Origin: a phage
Strand: one strand, 5' to 3'
Sequence record: PV467749.1
DNA length: 64,000 nt
The position numbers and the translations under genes are program-made. Shown piece after piece: positions 43,428-53,856 of this stretch. How positions within the stretch are numbered: the stretch's first letter is position 1; every line of letters starts with the position of its first letter. Below the pieces are notes generated by a model that saw only the letters and a program-made list of their open reading frames with translations, had not been told where the DNA came from and ran no database searches.

Positions 43428-44201
43428 TTATGTATTAATTTTATGACCCAATTTATATGATAGCCAATGGATATCACTAATTCCTTCTTGTGAACCCAAG
43501 TGTAGTGTAAGTAGTTCATTCCATGTCAAAACTGTATTATTGTCCGGTGTATGAGCATTGTATCGAGCCATACCATCGGCACATGGGTCCAACGCGAGTA
43601 TTTGATTACCCGTAATAGTTTTTGCTGGTGCTTCTAACCCCATCAATGAGCGTATATCATCCGATAGTATTTGAAATGCGGATACTGCTGCAACATTTAA
43701 TGCAGTAATATTATCTTTGATAAAATCAACCGTTAAAGTTTGATAATATGAAATATAGTTCTTATCAATATAATCCCATTTATCTTTAATGAAATCAAGT
43801 GTTAGTTTTTGGTATCTGGAAATTTCCGACATTACACCATCTCTAAATTCAACAAGGTCATTCCATTTGTCTTGAATAAAATCTTGTGTTAGTTTTTGAT
43901 ACTTAGCAACAGTATCCAGAAAGTTATCTTTGAAGTCATTCCATTTTTCCATAATCAATTCCATTGGCATGACTACATATTGTGCAATAACATTTTTATC
44001 AAACCACTCCCACTTTTCTTTAAGAAAATCAGTTGTCATTGTTTGATATCGAGCTAACATATTAGGGTTCATTTTATCAAAATGTTTTTTTATAAAGTCT
44101 TGTGGGAGTTTTTGATAGCGAACAATCATATCCATATCAAGATCATCCCAAAATTCTTCTATGAATCCAATATCTATTGGACTACGATAGTCAACTTTCA
44201 T
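43428..44201 (-). CDS. tandem-repeat protein (six or more 22-aa repeats) between nrdA and nrdB
   Basis: Repeats of [RK]YQ[KT]LTxDFIKDKW (RYQKLPQDFIKK, RYQTMTTDFLKEKW, KYQKLTQDFIQDKW, RYQKLTLDFIKDKW, YYQTLTVDFIKD). Confidence 0.55.
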   Translation of the reverse strand: MKVDYRSPIDIGFIEEFWDDLDMDMIVRYQKLPQDFIKKHFDKMNPNMLARYQTMTTDFLKEKWEWFDKNVIAQYVVMPMELIMEKWNDFKDNFLDTVAKYQKLTQDFIQDKWNDLVEFRDGVMSEISRYQKLTLDFIKDKWDYIDKNYISYYQTLTVDFIKDNITALNVAAVSAFQILSDDIRSLMGLEAPAKTITGNQILALDPCADGMARYNAHTPDNNTVLTWNELLTLHLGSQEGISDIHWLSYKLGHKINT

Positions 44202-44209
44202 TATATCAC

Positions 44210-44240
44210 TCCTATGAAATAAATCCCGCCGAAGCGGGAT
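44210..44240 (-). terminator. intrinsic terminator (ATCCCGC-TTCG-GCGGGAT, UUCG tetraloop, U-rich tail)
   Basis: Perfect 7-bp stem immediately downstream of nrdA stop; minus strand continues TTATTTC. Confidence 0.55.
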
Positions 44241-44246
44241 CTTTAA

Positions 44247-46565
44247 TTAGATCTTACAACTATCACAATCACCTTCATCTAAGTCAGGTAGTGTAGGCAA
44301 CACAAACTGTCCTGATTCTGGTTTTGCAGCTTCTTTTAGTACTTTCTCAACATCAACTTCATCAGAACCATCATTAGTATTATGATAGTACAGATTTTTC
44401 AAACCAACTTTGTATGCATACATTAATTCAGTTAGTAGTGTTGACATTGGCAACTTACCATCAGGGAAGTGTGCTGGATTGTAACTGGTATTCACACTGA
44501 TACTTTGGTCAATGTATTTCTGAAGAACACCACAGATTTGTAGATAACCGATGTTATCTTTCTGGTCCCACAATAAATCATATTTGTTTTTCAACTTATT
44601 GATTTCAGGAACTACTTGTTTCAGAATACCATCTTTAGATAGTTTCTTAGTTACAAGTGAACGAGGTTTCTCAATACCATTAGTACTGTTACTGATTTGT
44701 GCACTAGTTTCTGCTGGCATCAGTGCCATAGTTGTTGCGTTACGAATACCATATTGTTTGATATCCTGACGCAATGTTTCCCAATCTTGTTTTAGTTCAG
44801 GAGATACCAACGCATCAATATCTTCTTTATAGGTATCAATTGGTAAAATACCTTTAGCATATTTTAGTGTGTCAAAACCTTCACACTTACCTTTCTCTTT
44901 AGCAAGCTGAACAGAAGATTTAATTAGATAATAAGACCATGCTTCAGCCCACTCGTTAACTGTTTCCAATGCAGCTTCATTGTAACGCAAACCACGTTTA
45001 GCAAGGAAGTATGCAAAGTTAATTATACCAACACCTAATGGGCGATACATTTTAGTTGCACGGTCAGCATGAACTACTGGGTAGTCTTGATAATCCAATA
45101 GAGAATCAAGAGCACGTACAGAAAGATCACAAGCAGTTTCCATATCTTCTGGGCGGTCAAAGTTACCCCAGTTGATTGCACTCAAAGTACATAGACTAAT
45201 CAAACCTTCGCCAGTATTAATATCATCAAATGGCACAGATGGTAGTGCGATTTCTTGACACAAGTTGGATTGTTCAATTGGTGCAATTGATTCAATAAAG
45301 GTTGAGTGTGTGTTTGCATGGTCAATGTTTTGAATATAGATACGACCAGTTTCTGCACGCTCAGTCATTAGAGTACTGAATACTTCAACAGCAGATACAG
45401 ATTTTTTACGAATGCTTGGATCAGCTTCATACTTCTTGTACAGCTTTTCAAATTCTTTTTGGTTAGAACAGAATGCTTCATATAGCCCAGGAACTTCATT
45501 AGGACTAAAGAATGTAATATTCTTGCCATCCACTAAACGTTGATATAGTGTTTTGTTCACTTGGAAACAATAGTCAAGTTGTCGAACACGGTTGAACTCA
45601 GTACCTTTGTTATTTTTCAGTACTACAAGATTGTCAAATTCCAAATGCCACAATGGGAAGTGGACTGTTGCTGCACCACCACGCACACCACCTTGAGAGC
45701 AACTTTTAACGGTCTTAGCAGTTGATGCAATGAAAGGAATCAAACCAGTGTGTACTGCATCACCTGAACGAATCTCGGAGTCCAGAGCACGAATGCGGCC
45801 CATATTGATACCAAGTCCAGCTTTACGGGAAATATAACGTAGGATAGCGTGGTTAGAAGAACCAATACTATCTAGACTATCCCCAACGTTTAGTACTACA
45901 CAAGAACTAAACTGACGTGTATTGGTACGTAGACCAGCCATGATAGGAGTCGGGAGACTGATATCAAAGTTACTAACAGCATCATAAAACTTCTTAACAT
46001 AAGACATACGTACAGAGCGATCATACTCCATAAAGATGATTGCTGCAATGGTCATATATGCCATTTGTGGAGTTTCGTAGATTTTCTTAGTTACGCGATT
46101 CTTATATAGATACTTTCCTTCCCACTGACGCATAGCAACATAAGTGAATTTATCATCACGTTTATGTTTGATGTAACGTCCAAGCTCTTCAATTTCTTGA
46201 AGTGTGTATTTCTCAAGAATTTCTGGATCATAGATTTTTGTATCTACCATTTCTTGTAGATGTGCAGTGTACTTGATAGGGTCATAGTCACCATACACTT
46301 GCTTACGGATACTATAATTTAGTAAGCGACCAGCAACGTATTGGTAGTTTGGTGTATCTTCAGAAATAAGTTCTGCTGCTGATTTAATCAGAATATCATG
46401 AATAGTATTTGTTTCAATACCTTCAAAGAATTGAAGTTGTGCACGAATTTCAATTTCGGAAACAGATACACCACTCAGCCCTTCGGCAGCAAAAAATAAA
46501 ATTTGATGGATCTTATCCAAAGATAACGGTTCTTTTTTTCCATTACGCTTGGTTACGTTAATCAT
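44247..46565 (-). CDS. nrdA: ribonucleotide reductase large subunit (class Ia R1)
   Basis: N-terminal ATP-cone (VTKRNGKKEPLSLDKI), catalytic-core motifs, C-terminal CDSC; 772 aa, uninterrupted. Confidence 0.9.
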   Translation of the reverse strand: MINVTKRNGKKEPLSLDKIHQILFFAAEGLSGVSVSEIEIRAQLQFFEGIETNTIHDILIKSAAELISEDTPNYQYVAGRLLNYSIRKQVYGDYDPIKYTAHLQEMVDTKIYDPEILEKYTLQEIEELGRYIKHKRDDKFTYVAMRQWEGKYLYKNRVTKKIYETPQMAYMTIAAIIFMEYDRSVRMSYVKKFYDAVSNFDISLPTPIMAGLRTNTRQFSSCVVLNVGDSLDSIGSSNHAILRYISRKAGLGINMGRIRALDSEIRSGDAVHTGLIPFIASTAKTVKSCSQGGVRGGAATVHFPLWHLEFDNLVVLKNNKGTEFNRVRQLDYCFQVNKTLYQRLVDGKNITFFSPNEVPGLYEAFCSNQKEFEKLYKKYEADPSIRKKSVSAVEVFSTLMTERAETGRIYIQNIDHANTHSTFIESIAPIEQSNLCQEIALPSVPFDDINTGEGLISLCTLSAINWGNFDRPEDMETACDLSVRALDSLLDYQDYPVVHADRATKMYRPLGVGIINFAYFLAKRGLRYNEAALETVNEWAEAWSYYLIKSSVQLAKEKGKCEGFDTLKYAKGILPIDTYKEDIDALVSPELKQDWETLRQDIKQYGIRNATTMALMPAETSAQISNSTNGIEKPRSLVTKKLSKDGILKQVVPEINKLKNKYDLLWDQKDNIGYLQICGVLQKYIDQSISVNTSYNPAHFPDGKLPMSTLLTELMYAYKVGLKNLYYHNTNDGSDEVDVEKVLKEAAKPESGQFVLPTLPDLDEGDCDSCKI

Positions 46566-46608
46566 GTGTCATCCTTGTTATATTGTTTATACAGTTCTTA
46601 AATTTTGT

Positions 46609-46633
46609 GGAAGAAAAAGGCGGGACGCCTTTT
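46609..46633 (-). terminator. hairpin with U-tract overlapping stop of upstream gene
   Basis: AAAGGCG-GGA-CGCCTTT stem; minus strand continues TTTTTCTTCC. Confidence 0.4.
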
Positions 46634-47213
46634 AAGGTTTGTCCCACCCACGATATACAAATTCTATGTGGTATCCTGAATTTAAATAATCCGCATTAAC
46701 TATGTCAAATTGCATATTTCCAGTACTTGAATCATAAACTGGATTACTAAACAGAATAGATAAAATTGCATCAGTACGGCTTGTGTTATTTGACTGTGCA
46801 ATCATAGTTGAAGAACCAGCAGCAACAATTTGCACTGTGCCTGATTCTAAAATAGTCTCATTGCTATTATACGCGATGTAGTCGATGAATACACGACTTT
46901 CACTTTCAATAATAACTTCAACACTCTCTTGGTTTTGTGGAATGTCTACTTCAAATGGACGGTTGATGATTTTGGATACCGTTCTCCACGGTGAGAATTC
47001 GGTAATTATTTCCACGTTCTCTTTACCAGAGTTTGGATCAGTTTCCCATGTACGCCCAGCAACTAAGCTTGCTGGGTCTGATGAGGAAGGTAGGCCGATG
47101 AATACACGACCCACATCAGTACTGAATCCTATCTGGCCTTTTTCCAACGCGTCTGGTAAGTCACGTTGCTTACCAGTTCTTACTTGCTGTAACGCAATTT
47201 GTTGTTGTGCCAT
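46632..47213 (-). CDS. hypothetical protein (193 aa)
   Basis: ORF track; GGAGA SD 9 nt upstream of ATG. Confidence 0.5.
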   Translation of the reverse strand: MAQQQIALQQVRTGKQRDLPDALEKGQIGFSTDVGRVFIGLPSSSDPASLVAGRTWETDPNSGKENVEIITEFSPWRTVSKIINRPFEVDIPQNQESVEVIIESESRVFIDYIAYNSNETILESGTVQIVAAGSSTMIAQSNNTSRTDAILSILFSNPVYDSSTGNMQFDIVNADYLNSGYHIEFVYRGWDKP

Positions 47214-47241
47214 AAAAACTATCTCCTATAGTATTATAGGA

Positions 47242-47799
47242 TTATTTAGCGTTTTCTTTAACTTCAGCAATACGCTCATTGATTAGTTGAGATACAACAG
47301 AGCTATCAACGGAAGAAAGAATTGATTCAGGAACTAGGGATTTCAAGTGTTTTACATAGTTTGCAACACTTTTTAGTTCTTTGGTTTTTAGTGCTTCTTT
47401 GATAATATCCAAATCTTCTTTTGAAGCTTCAACACGTTCAATAACAACAACGTCTTCTTCTTCAACAACAGGTGCTAGTTCTTCAGCGATTACTTGTACT
47501 TCTTCAGATACTTTAATTTGTTCTTCAGTATCTACTACATATGATTCGATTACTTCTGGTGCAACATTACGAGATACTTCATCAACACTAATATCTTCAG
47601 CAATTTTCTCTTTGATTACTTCTACTGGTTTTGCACCGCGAGATTTATAATCTTTAATATTAACTAGAAGTTTATTTGAAAGTTGTAGTTTGTCAATTTC
47701 TTCATCACTTAGTTTGATTACTTCATCTAAGGAGTAGCCTTTACTTTCTAGTGCACGAATTGTATATAGGTCTTGTTTCATTTGTTTATGCTGTTCCAT
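47242..47799 (-). CDS. acidic hypothetical protein (start uncertain: 47799 or 47781)
   Basis: ORF track 47242..47886 overlaps upstream gene by 101 nt; internal ATGs at codons 30 and 36 give minimal overlap. Confidence 0.4.
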   Translation of the reverse strand: MEQHKQMKQDLYTIRALESKGYSLDEVIKLSDEEIDKLQLSNKLLVNIKDYKSRGAKPVEVIKEKIAEDISVDEVSRNVAPEVIESYVVDTEEQIKVSEEVQVIAEELAPVVEEEDVVVIERVEASKEDLDIIKEALKTKELKSVANYVKHLKSLVPESILSSVDSSVVSQLINERIAEVKENAK

Positions 47800-48505
47800 T
47801 TGATTCAATTTCTCCACGTAAAATATAGTATTGTTCAACTCTACCAATCCACATATCAACCGCATCCTTGAAGTCTTGTCCTTCAATAACGAATTCTTGA
47901 TATTGTAAATTGTTAGGATCTTTTCTTACACAGATGAAAATTACACCACGCTCAATATTTGTTCCAAACATTTGATTATGCGATAGTGCATATGCAGCGA
48001 TTTGCATACGGTAATTTTCGATATGTTCCCATGTCTTTAATTTACGGGAATTCTTATAGTCCATGATAGAAGGAATACCATCATGAACTCCAACTAAGTC
48101 AGTTGTTCCAGCCCATAATCCTTCATAGAATAATGGAACTTCCTGACCCCACACTTCATTGATTCTAGGCCATGCTTCTTCTTGAATTTTGTCAGCCATT
48201 CTACGGGCCAGAACTCGTATCGGCATACCACCTTGGTGGTCTGGCTTTCCATCCAGACGATATTCTAAGTTCTCGTGCATAAAAGTACCAACAGTACATG
48301 CTTCTAATGTAATCTCATTAGCTTTCTCTTCACCAACAAATTCTCTCCATTTTTTCAACCCCTCATTGTCAGAGGTGGCACTAAGAATTGTTGTTACTGA
48401 CGGCAGATTCCCTGTTGGAGTTGAATAAAGGCGACCTTCGGGGCCGCCTTCAATTCTTTTGTAATCAACGTATGTATATCTGCTAACAATTGGTGGTGTG
48501 TACAT
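47786..48505 (-). CDS. PD-(D/E)xK-family nuclease-like protein
   Basis: GTTDLVGVHDG...SIMDYKNSRK fits the D...(D/E)xK arrangement; AGGAG SD; 239 aa. Confidence 0.5.
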   Translation of the reverse strand: MYTPPIVSRYTYVDYKRIEGGPEGRLYSTPTGNLPSVTTILSATSDNEGLKKWREFVGEEKANEITLEACTVGTFMHENLEYRLDGKPDHQGGMPIRVLARRMADKIQEEAWPRINEVWGQEVPLFYEGLWAGTTDLVGVHDGIPSIMDYKNSRKLKTWEHIENYRMQIAAYALSHNQMFGTNIERGVIFICVRKDPNNLQYQEFVIEGQDFKDAVDMWIGRVEQYYILRGEIESNGTA

Positions 48506-48551
48506 CCGTGTACTCCTAATTATAGCATCGTATTTTTGTTTGTCTCAGTTT

Positions 48552-48881
48552 TTATTGCTTATTTGCTGCAACAGCAGCTTTTGTTGCCCAATCTTCAACT
48601 TGGTCTTCAGAGTTCTGTTCAACTTCACCAGTACTTTCTGAATCATTACCAGTAAATGTTACAACATCCGAATTCGCATCTTGCACAAATGGCAAAGAGT
48701 TTAGAATATCCATCATAACATTATAAGGAACATCAATGTTGGTTCGCTTTTTGATTTCAGCGATTAAAGATTGTAGGTTCACTTCTTCGCGACCCGATGA
48801 TACTAAAGACAACGCAATAGTAGTAATCATATTGCGTATGTCTTTACCAGGAGCCTCTTCTGTAAGATCTTGAAATCTCAT
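48552..48881 (-). CDS. hypothetical protein (109 aa)
   Basis: ORF track. Confidence 0.4.
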   Translation of the reverse strand: MRFQDLTEEAPGKDIRNMITTIALSLVSSGREEVNLQSLIAEIKKRTNIDVPYNVMMDILNSLPFVQDANSDVVTFTGNDSESTGEVEQNSEDQVEDWATKAAVAANKQ

Positions 48882-48897
48882 TTAGATTCATCCTTAA

Positions 48898-49530
48898 TTA
48901 TTTTTTAACGTATCCTAGTACACGTTTAACTTTCTTCTCGTTCTCAGATAGCCAAGTTTTCATTTCTTCTTTGTTTTTGAAGAATTTAGTACCTACAGTA
49001 CCGCGAACACTTTCCATCTTAATACCAATTTGAGTTGGTTTTACAGATTCTTTCATTTCACGTTCAGTTGGTACTGGCTCAGAAATAATATCTTCTTCGA
49101 AATCAGCATCAGCACCCATGTCGAACGTTGGGGTGTCAGCAGCAATGTCGATATCAACATCTTCACTACCAATATCAGAAACTGCTGGACCATCAGTGAT
49201 ATCACCAGTTAGTTTTAAAGTTTCAGTACTGATTTTGTCTTTAACATCCATTAGAGTAGTAACTGCATGTTGAAGTAGGTGGCGAACACTATCACTAAAG
49301 TTCTGTGCAGCATCAAGACCTTGTTCCGCTTTGATACGGTCAAGTAGTGGGCCTAGAACGTCAACGCCCATGTTGTTGATTACTTCAGACTGACGTTGTA
49401 GTTTGTCAACGATTTCACCTTTAACAGAGAGAACGATTTCAGCTTTCTCAATATTAGATTCGTTCAATTTGATGAACTTCATTGCTTCAACACGTGAAGC
49501 AGATTCCATTAGTTTTTTGTAGTTAGACAT
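48898..49530 (-). CDS. hypothetical acidic protein (about 210 aa)
   Basis: ORF track 48898..49554 begins at GTG; ATG at codon 9 has AAGGAAA SD. Confidence 0.45.
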   Translation of the reverse strand: MSNYKKLMESASRVEAMKFIKLNESNIEKAEIVLSVKGEIVDKLQRQSEVINNMGVDVLGPLLDRIKAEQGLDAAQNFSDSVRHLLQHAVTTLMDVKDKISTETLKLTGDITDGPAVSDIGSEDVDIDIAADTPTFDMGADADFEEDIISEPVPTEREMKESVKPTQIGIKMESVRGTVGTKFFKNKEEMKTWLSENEKKVKRVLGYVKK

Positions 49531-49563
49531 TTGAATTTCCTTATAAAATATCACTAAATTTAT

Positions 49564-50241
49564 TTACTTTATATAACCTTCACTCTTTAGAAAGTTCAGT
49601 ACACGCTCTTTGAGTTTGTATGCTTCAGCTTTCTTTTCAGCGATGATGATATCTAAATCTTTTGCTTCATCGTACTTCGACTCATTCAGAACACGTTGAC
49701 GTTTCTGTGCAGCCTTCAATGCTTCGGTAATTACATTGGTGTATTGTAAACCGGAACTGATGATACCAAGAACTTTTGCATCTGTCAACATTCTTCCTTC
49801 GTTGAGAAGGTTTACTAGTGTTAGTGCAGCTTCATACATCATAATATTATTCATGATAACTTGAGAACTATGATTACATTTAACACTGTATACTTTTGTT
49901 GATTTAGTACCTTGAATTTTTTCTTCTACTAAACTCCAGTTAGTTTTAGGTTTAGCAGGTGCACGTTGTACAACAGGTTGTGCTAGTTGGTGACCAAGCA
50001 TGTGTTCATTGTATGGGGCGTGGAATGGAACAACATGTGGATGTGTCTGTTCTGGATCAACACCATAATTCATACCAGCTTCATTTAATGATGTCAAAAT
50101 GTCGGTCATTGCACCGATATCACCACCTGACTTGTAAGGAACACCAGACGCATTATGGGTTGCACCAGCTTCAATGTCATTCAAACCGCTTAACAAATCA
50201 GCCATCTGATTAACTGATTGTTGATCGTACTCGTAATTCAT
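49564..50241 (-). CDS. hypothetical protein (225 aa)
   Basis: ORF track; ATGA overlap with upstream gene. Confidence 0.45.
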   Translation of the reverse strand: MNYEYDQQSVNQMADLLSGLNDIEAGATHNASGVPYKSGGDIGAMTDILTSLNEAGMNYGVDPEQTHPHVVPFHAPYNEHMLGHQLAQPVVQRAPAKPKTNWSLVEEKIQGTKSTKVYSVKCNHSSQVIMNNIMMYEAALTLVNLLNEGRMLTDAKVLGIISSGLQYTNVITEALKAAQKRQRVLNESKYDEAKDLDIIIAEKKAEAYKLKERVLNFLKSEGYIK

Positions 50242-50456
50242 TTATTACTCCTAACAGTTGAATACTCTTCAGTACCGTCATCTTTCTCAACAATATTTAG
50301 GACTCCACGAGATACCATTTTATCCGCTAGTTCCTGATAGTATTCGTTTACTTTTTCAACTGGCACGGAACCTCGTGCCTTAATTTTCTGTAATAGTCGA
50401 TATTCTTCGTTGGAAACCATAGTGTTGTGACCATGAACATTAGGTACAGTTCTCAT
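50238..50456 (-). CDS. hypothetical protein (72 aa)
   Basis: ORF track; TAATG overlap with upstream gene. Confidence 0.35.
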   Translation of the reverse strand: MRTVPNVHGHNTMVSNEEYRLLQKIKARGSVPVEKVNEYYQELADKMVSRGVLNIVEKDDGTEEYSTVRSNK

Positions 50457-51418
50457 TATCGGCCTCGCATACGGTGACAGAAATCAATGATTTGATCTAC
50501 CATCTCATCATTCTCTTGTTGTGCAGAGTTTGCCATTACACTTTCATCACCATAGATATCATCTTCTTTTTCGATATCAGCGATTGCATGAATCATTTCA
50601 CCCATACCTGGTGCGTGTTGTGTTAGTGGAGATGGTGAATTTGGATTACCGTCTGGTTCCATACCAGGCTCACCCATCACTTCACTATTAATTTCTTGTG
50701 GTGATTTCTCTTCACGAATTGTAGTACTTTGATTTTGATTGTCAACTGGAGTTACATCATCCAAAGGGAAAACATTCAATTCGTTTGGCTTAGTGCCACT
50801 TTTAGTTACTACTAAAGATTGCTGTGGGTTTTGTCCAGCATCGATACCAACAACAGGTTCAATTGAATCAGTACCGCTTTGATTCCCAGGGACGCTAACT
50901 TTAATGTTATTAGCATTACGTTGTAGTTCTGCTTGTTTAAGTTTAGCTTGGGTTTGTGGGTTCACTTGCTGTTGTTGCTGTGACACATTCATTTTAGCAA
51001 TCTGTGTAGATTTTAATTGATTTTCTGGATTTTCCAAATTAGAGGATAAATCTTCAAACACAATAGTTTTTAATTCTTGAATACTCAACTTAGAAACATC
51101 AGAGTATGTGAAGTTACTTTTGTATGCTTCAACTAAGTCTTTCATTGTCATAGAATCAACTGTCTTATGCCAATCAGAACTTTCAACAATATGTTTAGTT
51201 ACATTATCAGTACTGAAATATGAGAAACTTTCGCTCATTTGTGCTTTGTACTTTTGTAGAATTTGAAAAATTTCACGGTTATCTGAATTATCCATAGCGG
51301 CATTTAGTGTGATGAAATCACCCGCATCCATATTATCCAGTACAACAGAAACATCAACATTCAAATTATGTGCGTCAGCAAACTTCTGTAGCTCCGCTGC
51401 TGTTTGGTTTATATTCAT
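50456..51418 (-). CDS. hypothetical Gln/Asn-rich protein (320 aa)
   Basis: ORF track. Confidence 0.45.
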   Translation of the reverse strand: MNINQTAAELQKFADAHNLNVDVSVVLDNMDAGDFITLNAAMDNSDNREIFQILQKYKAQMSESFSYFSTDNVTKHIVESSDWHKTVDSMTMKDLVEAYKSNFTYSDVSKLSIQELKTIVFEDLSSNLENPENQLKSTQIAKMNVSQQQQQVNPQTQAKLKQAELQRNANNIKVSVPGNQSGTDSIEPVVGIDAGQNPQQSLVVTKSGTKPNELNVFPLDDVTPVDNQNQSTTIREEKSPQEINSEVMGEPGMEPDGNPNSPSPLTQHAPGMGEMIHAIADIEKEDDIYGDESVMANSAQQENDEMVDQIIDFCHRMRGR

Positions 51419-51475
51419 AATTACTCCATATAAAATAAAAAAGACCTCTGTCTTGCTTTATGATATTTATCACAA

Positions 51476-51868
51476 TTAAGAAAAGGTCTGTTTGCTGATG
51501 CTAATATTTGTATCATTACCTGTTGTGATAAATTTTGTAATTCTTTTACCATTTAATTCTGTCGGTAAAACTAATGGTATTCCATTCAAACGCAAGTCAA
51601 CATCCATTGGTATTGCGAATTTGAAAGTACTAAGAGTACATTTACCCCATGAAACTGGAAGATTATAGAAAGATGCGTTGTTATCTTTATATAGATCTAC
51701 TTCAGTTTTTACTACACTTACCATCATGGGATAATCATGTGCCATAATAGCCTCCAACAATCTCGACAAATTCATAGCACCAGTGAACTTAGAATCGATG
51801 ATTGTTGGAGTTGTACCATCACCTATATCTACAACAGTATTAATTGTGTAGAAAGTATATGGTTTCAT
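51476..51868 (-). CDS. hypothetical protein (130 aa)
   Basis: ORF track; ATGA overlap with upstream gene. Confidence 0.45.
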   Translation of the reverse strand: MKPYTFYTINTVVDIGDGTTPTIIDSKFTGAMNLSRLLEAIMAHDYPMMVSVVKTEVDLYKDNNASFYNLPVSWGKCTLSTFKFAIPMDVDLRLNGIPLVLPTELNGKRITKFITTGNDTNISISKQTFS

Positions 51869-52032
51869 TCCTTATCCTTATTTTTAGTCTCAACAACTTT
51901 ATATCCAAAGAAATTTGTAGGAGGCATTCTTCGAAGTAATGGGTAATTTAATCCAGTACTGACTGATGCTACTGCACCTGCTGATGTTGCACCAGCAGAA
52001 GCATTTTCTTTTAGTTTAGTTTTCTTCTTCAT
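51865..52032 (-). CDS. small hypothetical protein (about 55 aa)
   Basis: ORF track 51865..52062 begins at TTG; ATG at codon 11 has AAGGGAA SD and follows upstream stop. Confidence 0.35.
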   Translation of the reverse strand: MKKKTKLKENASAGATSAGAVASVSTGLNYPLLRRMPPTNFFGYKVVETKNKDKE

Positions 52033-52033
52033 A

Positions 52034-52306
52034 TCAATTCCCTTTATTACGTTTTTCATCAAGTGCTATGTTCTCCAAGCCCTTCTGAAACTTTTTATAA
52101 TCTCGGTTCTTAATACTAAGAAATAAACGTTTCTTCAAATCTTCAGCATCAGTTTGGTTAAATTCATCTTCGATACTCTCCAATAAATGAATAACAGAGT
52201 TGATTGCATGATCTGCACGATTACCAAAACTCTGTAATGTATCTTTCTCTGGTGTATAGTCAACTATACTATCAAGTAGATTCTTTTTATTGGATTTACT
52301 AGACAT
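52034..52306 (-). CDS. hypothetical protein (90 aa)
   Basis: ORF track; AAAGGAAATAA SD region overlapping end of helicase gene. Confidence 0.4.
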   Translation of the reverse strand: MSSKSNKKNLLDSIVDYTPEKDTLQSFGNRADHAINSVIHLLESIEDEFNQTDAEDLKKRLFLSIKNRDYKKFQKGLENIALDEKRNKGN

Positions 52307-52309
52307 TCA

Positions 52310-53830
52310 TTATTTCCTTTGATTTAACCATTGCTTCATTGCATTTACACGATCAGTACCAATGTGAGGCTGTTGAGGCTGGGATTCAGTTTGTGTAGAA
52401 GTGATTGGATCACTATCTGTATTTAGTGTTACGCTTTCAACACTCGGTGTAGTGCTTGGTTTAGGAGCACCAGAAAGCGTATGACGCAGTGTTTGCATTG
52501 TACTTGGTGGCATTGCCATGTTACCACCGCCGACCTTAGAGATGCCACTGTGACGGAATCCTGACCCATCAGTTTCGAATTGTTGGATTGTGGTTGCGTG
52601 GTCTAGTACACGAAGTGAATCGATATCATATGACATACGCAAACGTGAACCAACTGCACTACTGTTACGTGTTTTCTGGAAGTCAAACCAAAGTTCGCCA
52701 GTTTCTTTACGTGCTTCAATGTAGATAACGTTATCCGCAGTATAGATTTTAGAAATACCACCAGCAATCTGACTTTGACTTTTCTTATCTTCATCCATAC
52801 CACTACGGTTAAACTGTGACGCAGTGAAGACGGTCAAATCCATTTTGGTTGCTAGTGCACGCAATTCTTCAGATACAAATTTATCTTTTGTAAATGTATT
52901 AGATTTATCATTAGGACCAAGACGATTTGATGTTAATAGGTCAAGGTAGTCCACACAAACATAATCTAATTTGACTTCCATTTTAATTTGCAATTCACGA
53001 AGATAACTTTCAATATCATCAGTGGTTGTTACGGATTCTGGTAAACGTTTAATACGCAATATACCACTATCCTTGCCTTCCATTTGAACTCGTAGACCAA
53101 TCTTTTCAGCTTCGTTCTTAACGTTACTTAGCTTAGATTCAGTCATCATACCATAGATACGAACGGCTACCAACTCTTCTGCTAGTTCTAGTGAAATGTA
53201 TGCACCATTCATACCAGCCTTAGCAAAGTTAACTGCTAAGTTCTGTAGTACTACTGATTTACCACCACCAGACGCGGCTGCAAAGATTTCAAGTTCACGG
53301 CGACCAAAACCACCGAATAGTTTATAGTCAAGGGTTTCCCATCCACTCTTGAATGAACCTTGCATAGTGCTCAATGAACGAATGGTATCTTCTGGATTTT
53401 CAAAGATATCAAGACCCAACTCATTCTGTACAGATACTAACATAGCTTCACGAATGAGTTCTTCGATGCCACCATATTTTTTCTGATGTACTAATTCCAT
53501 ACCTTTCTCTACTGCTAGAGCTAGAGCTTTGTGACGGCAAAACTCACTACAGGTATCCAGTACTGCCTGTTTATGAAGTTCTTGTACTTCATAATGATCA
53601 TACTGATAACCACCTTTCACTTCGATATCTTTCAGTGTAGGGGATGAACTATATTTTGCTGCATAATCATGAACGTACTGAATACTTTCATGAAATGTTT
53701 TATCAAAATATTCTGGCTTTAGAATATTTTTACAACGTACAAATAAATCTGGATTACTGAAAACTTGGGATAGTAAGTATTGTTGTGCATTAATCCCATA
53801 CTGTTTGACGTCCACTGTGCTTTGAATCAT
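52310..53830 (-). CDS. 41: replicative DNA helicase (DnaB family; T4 gp41-like)
   Basis: Walker A FAAASGGGKS, DnaB-like N-terminal domain, Walker B-like LDYVCVDYLD; located directly downstream of primase as in T4 61-41. Confidence 0.85.
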   Translation of the reverse strand: MIQSTVDVKQYGINAQQYLLSQVFSNPDLFVRCKNILKPEYFDKTFHESIQYVHDYAAKYSSSPTLKDIEVKGGYQYDHYEVQELHKQAVLDTCSEFCRHKALALAVEKGMELVHQKKYGGIEELIREAMLVSVQNELGLDIFENPEDTIRSLSTMQGSFKSGWETLDYKLFGGFGRRELEIFAAASGGGKSVVLQNLAVNFAKAGMNGAYISLELAEELVAVRIYGMMTESKLSNVKNEAEKIGLRVQMEGKDSGILRIKRLPESVTTTDDIESYLRELQIKMEVKLDYVCVDYLDLLTSNRLGPNDKSNTFTKDKFVSEELRALATKMDLTVFTASQFNRSGMDEDKKSQSQIAGGISKIYTADNVIYIEARKETGELWFDFQKTRNSSAVGSRLRMSYDIDSLRVLDHATTIQQFETDGSGFRHSGISKVGGGNMAMPPSTMQTLRHTLSGAPKPSTTPSVESVTLNTDSDPITSTQTESQPQQPHIGTDRVNAMKQWLNQRK

Positions 53831-53856
53831 TTATGTTCCCTCATTTATATCCTGTG

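Noticed and set aside
42291-46565. Group I intron or homing endonuclease within nrdA/nrdB (as in T4 nrdB)
   Set aside because: Both RNR ORFs are continuous and of normal length with intact motifs; the intervening gene is a repeat protein without GIY-YIG/HNH/LAGLIDADG motifs.
53831-53856. TATAAATG upstream of the helicase gene as a late promoter
   Set aside because: Only a 7/8 match and it overlaps the SD region about 15 nt from the ATG, too close for a late-promoter transcription start; likely chance in AT-rich sequence.
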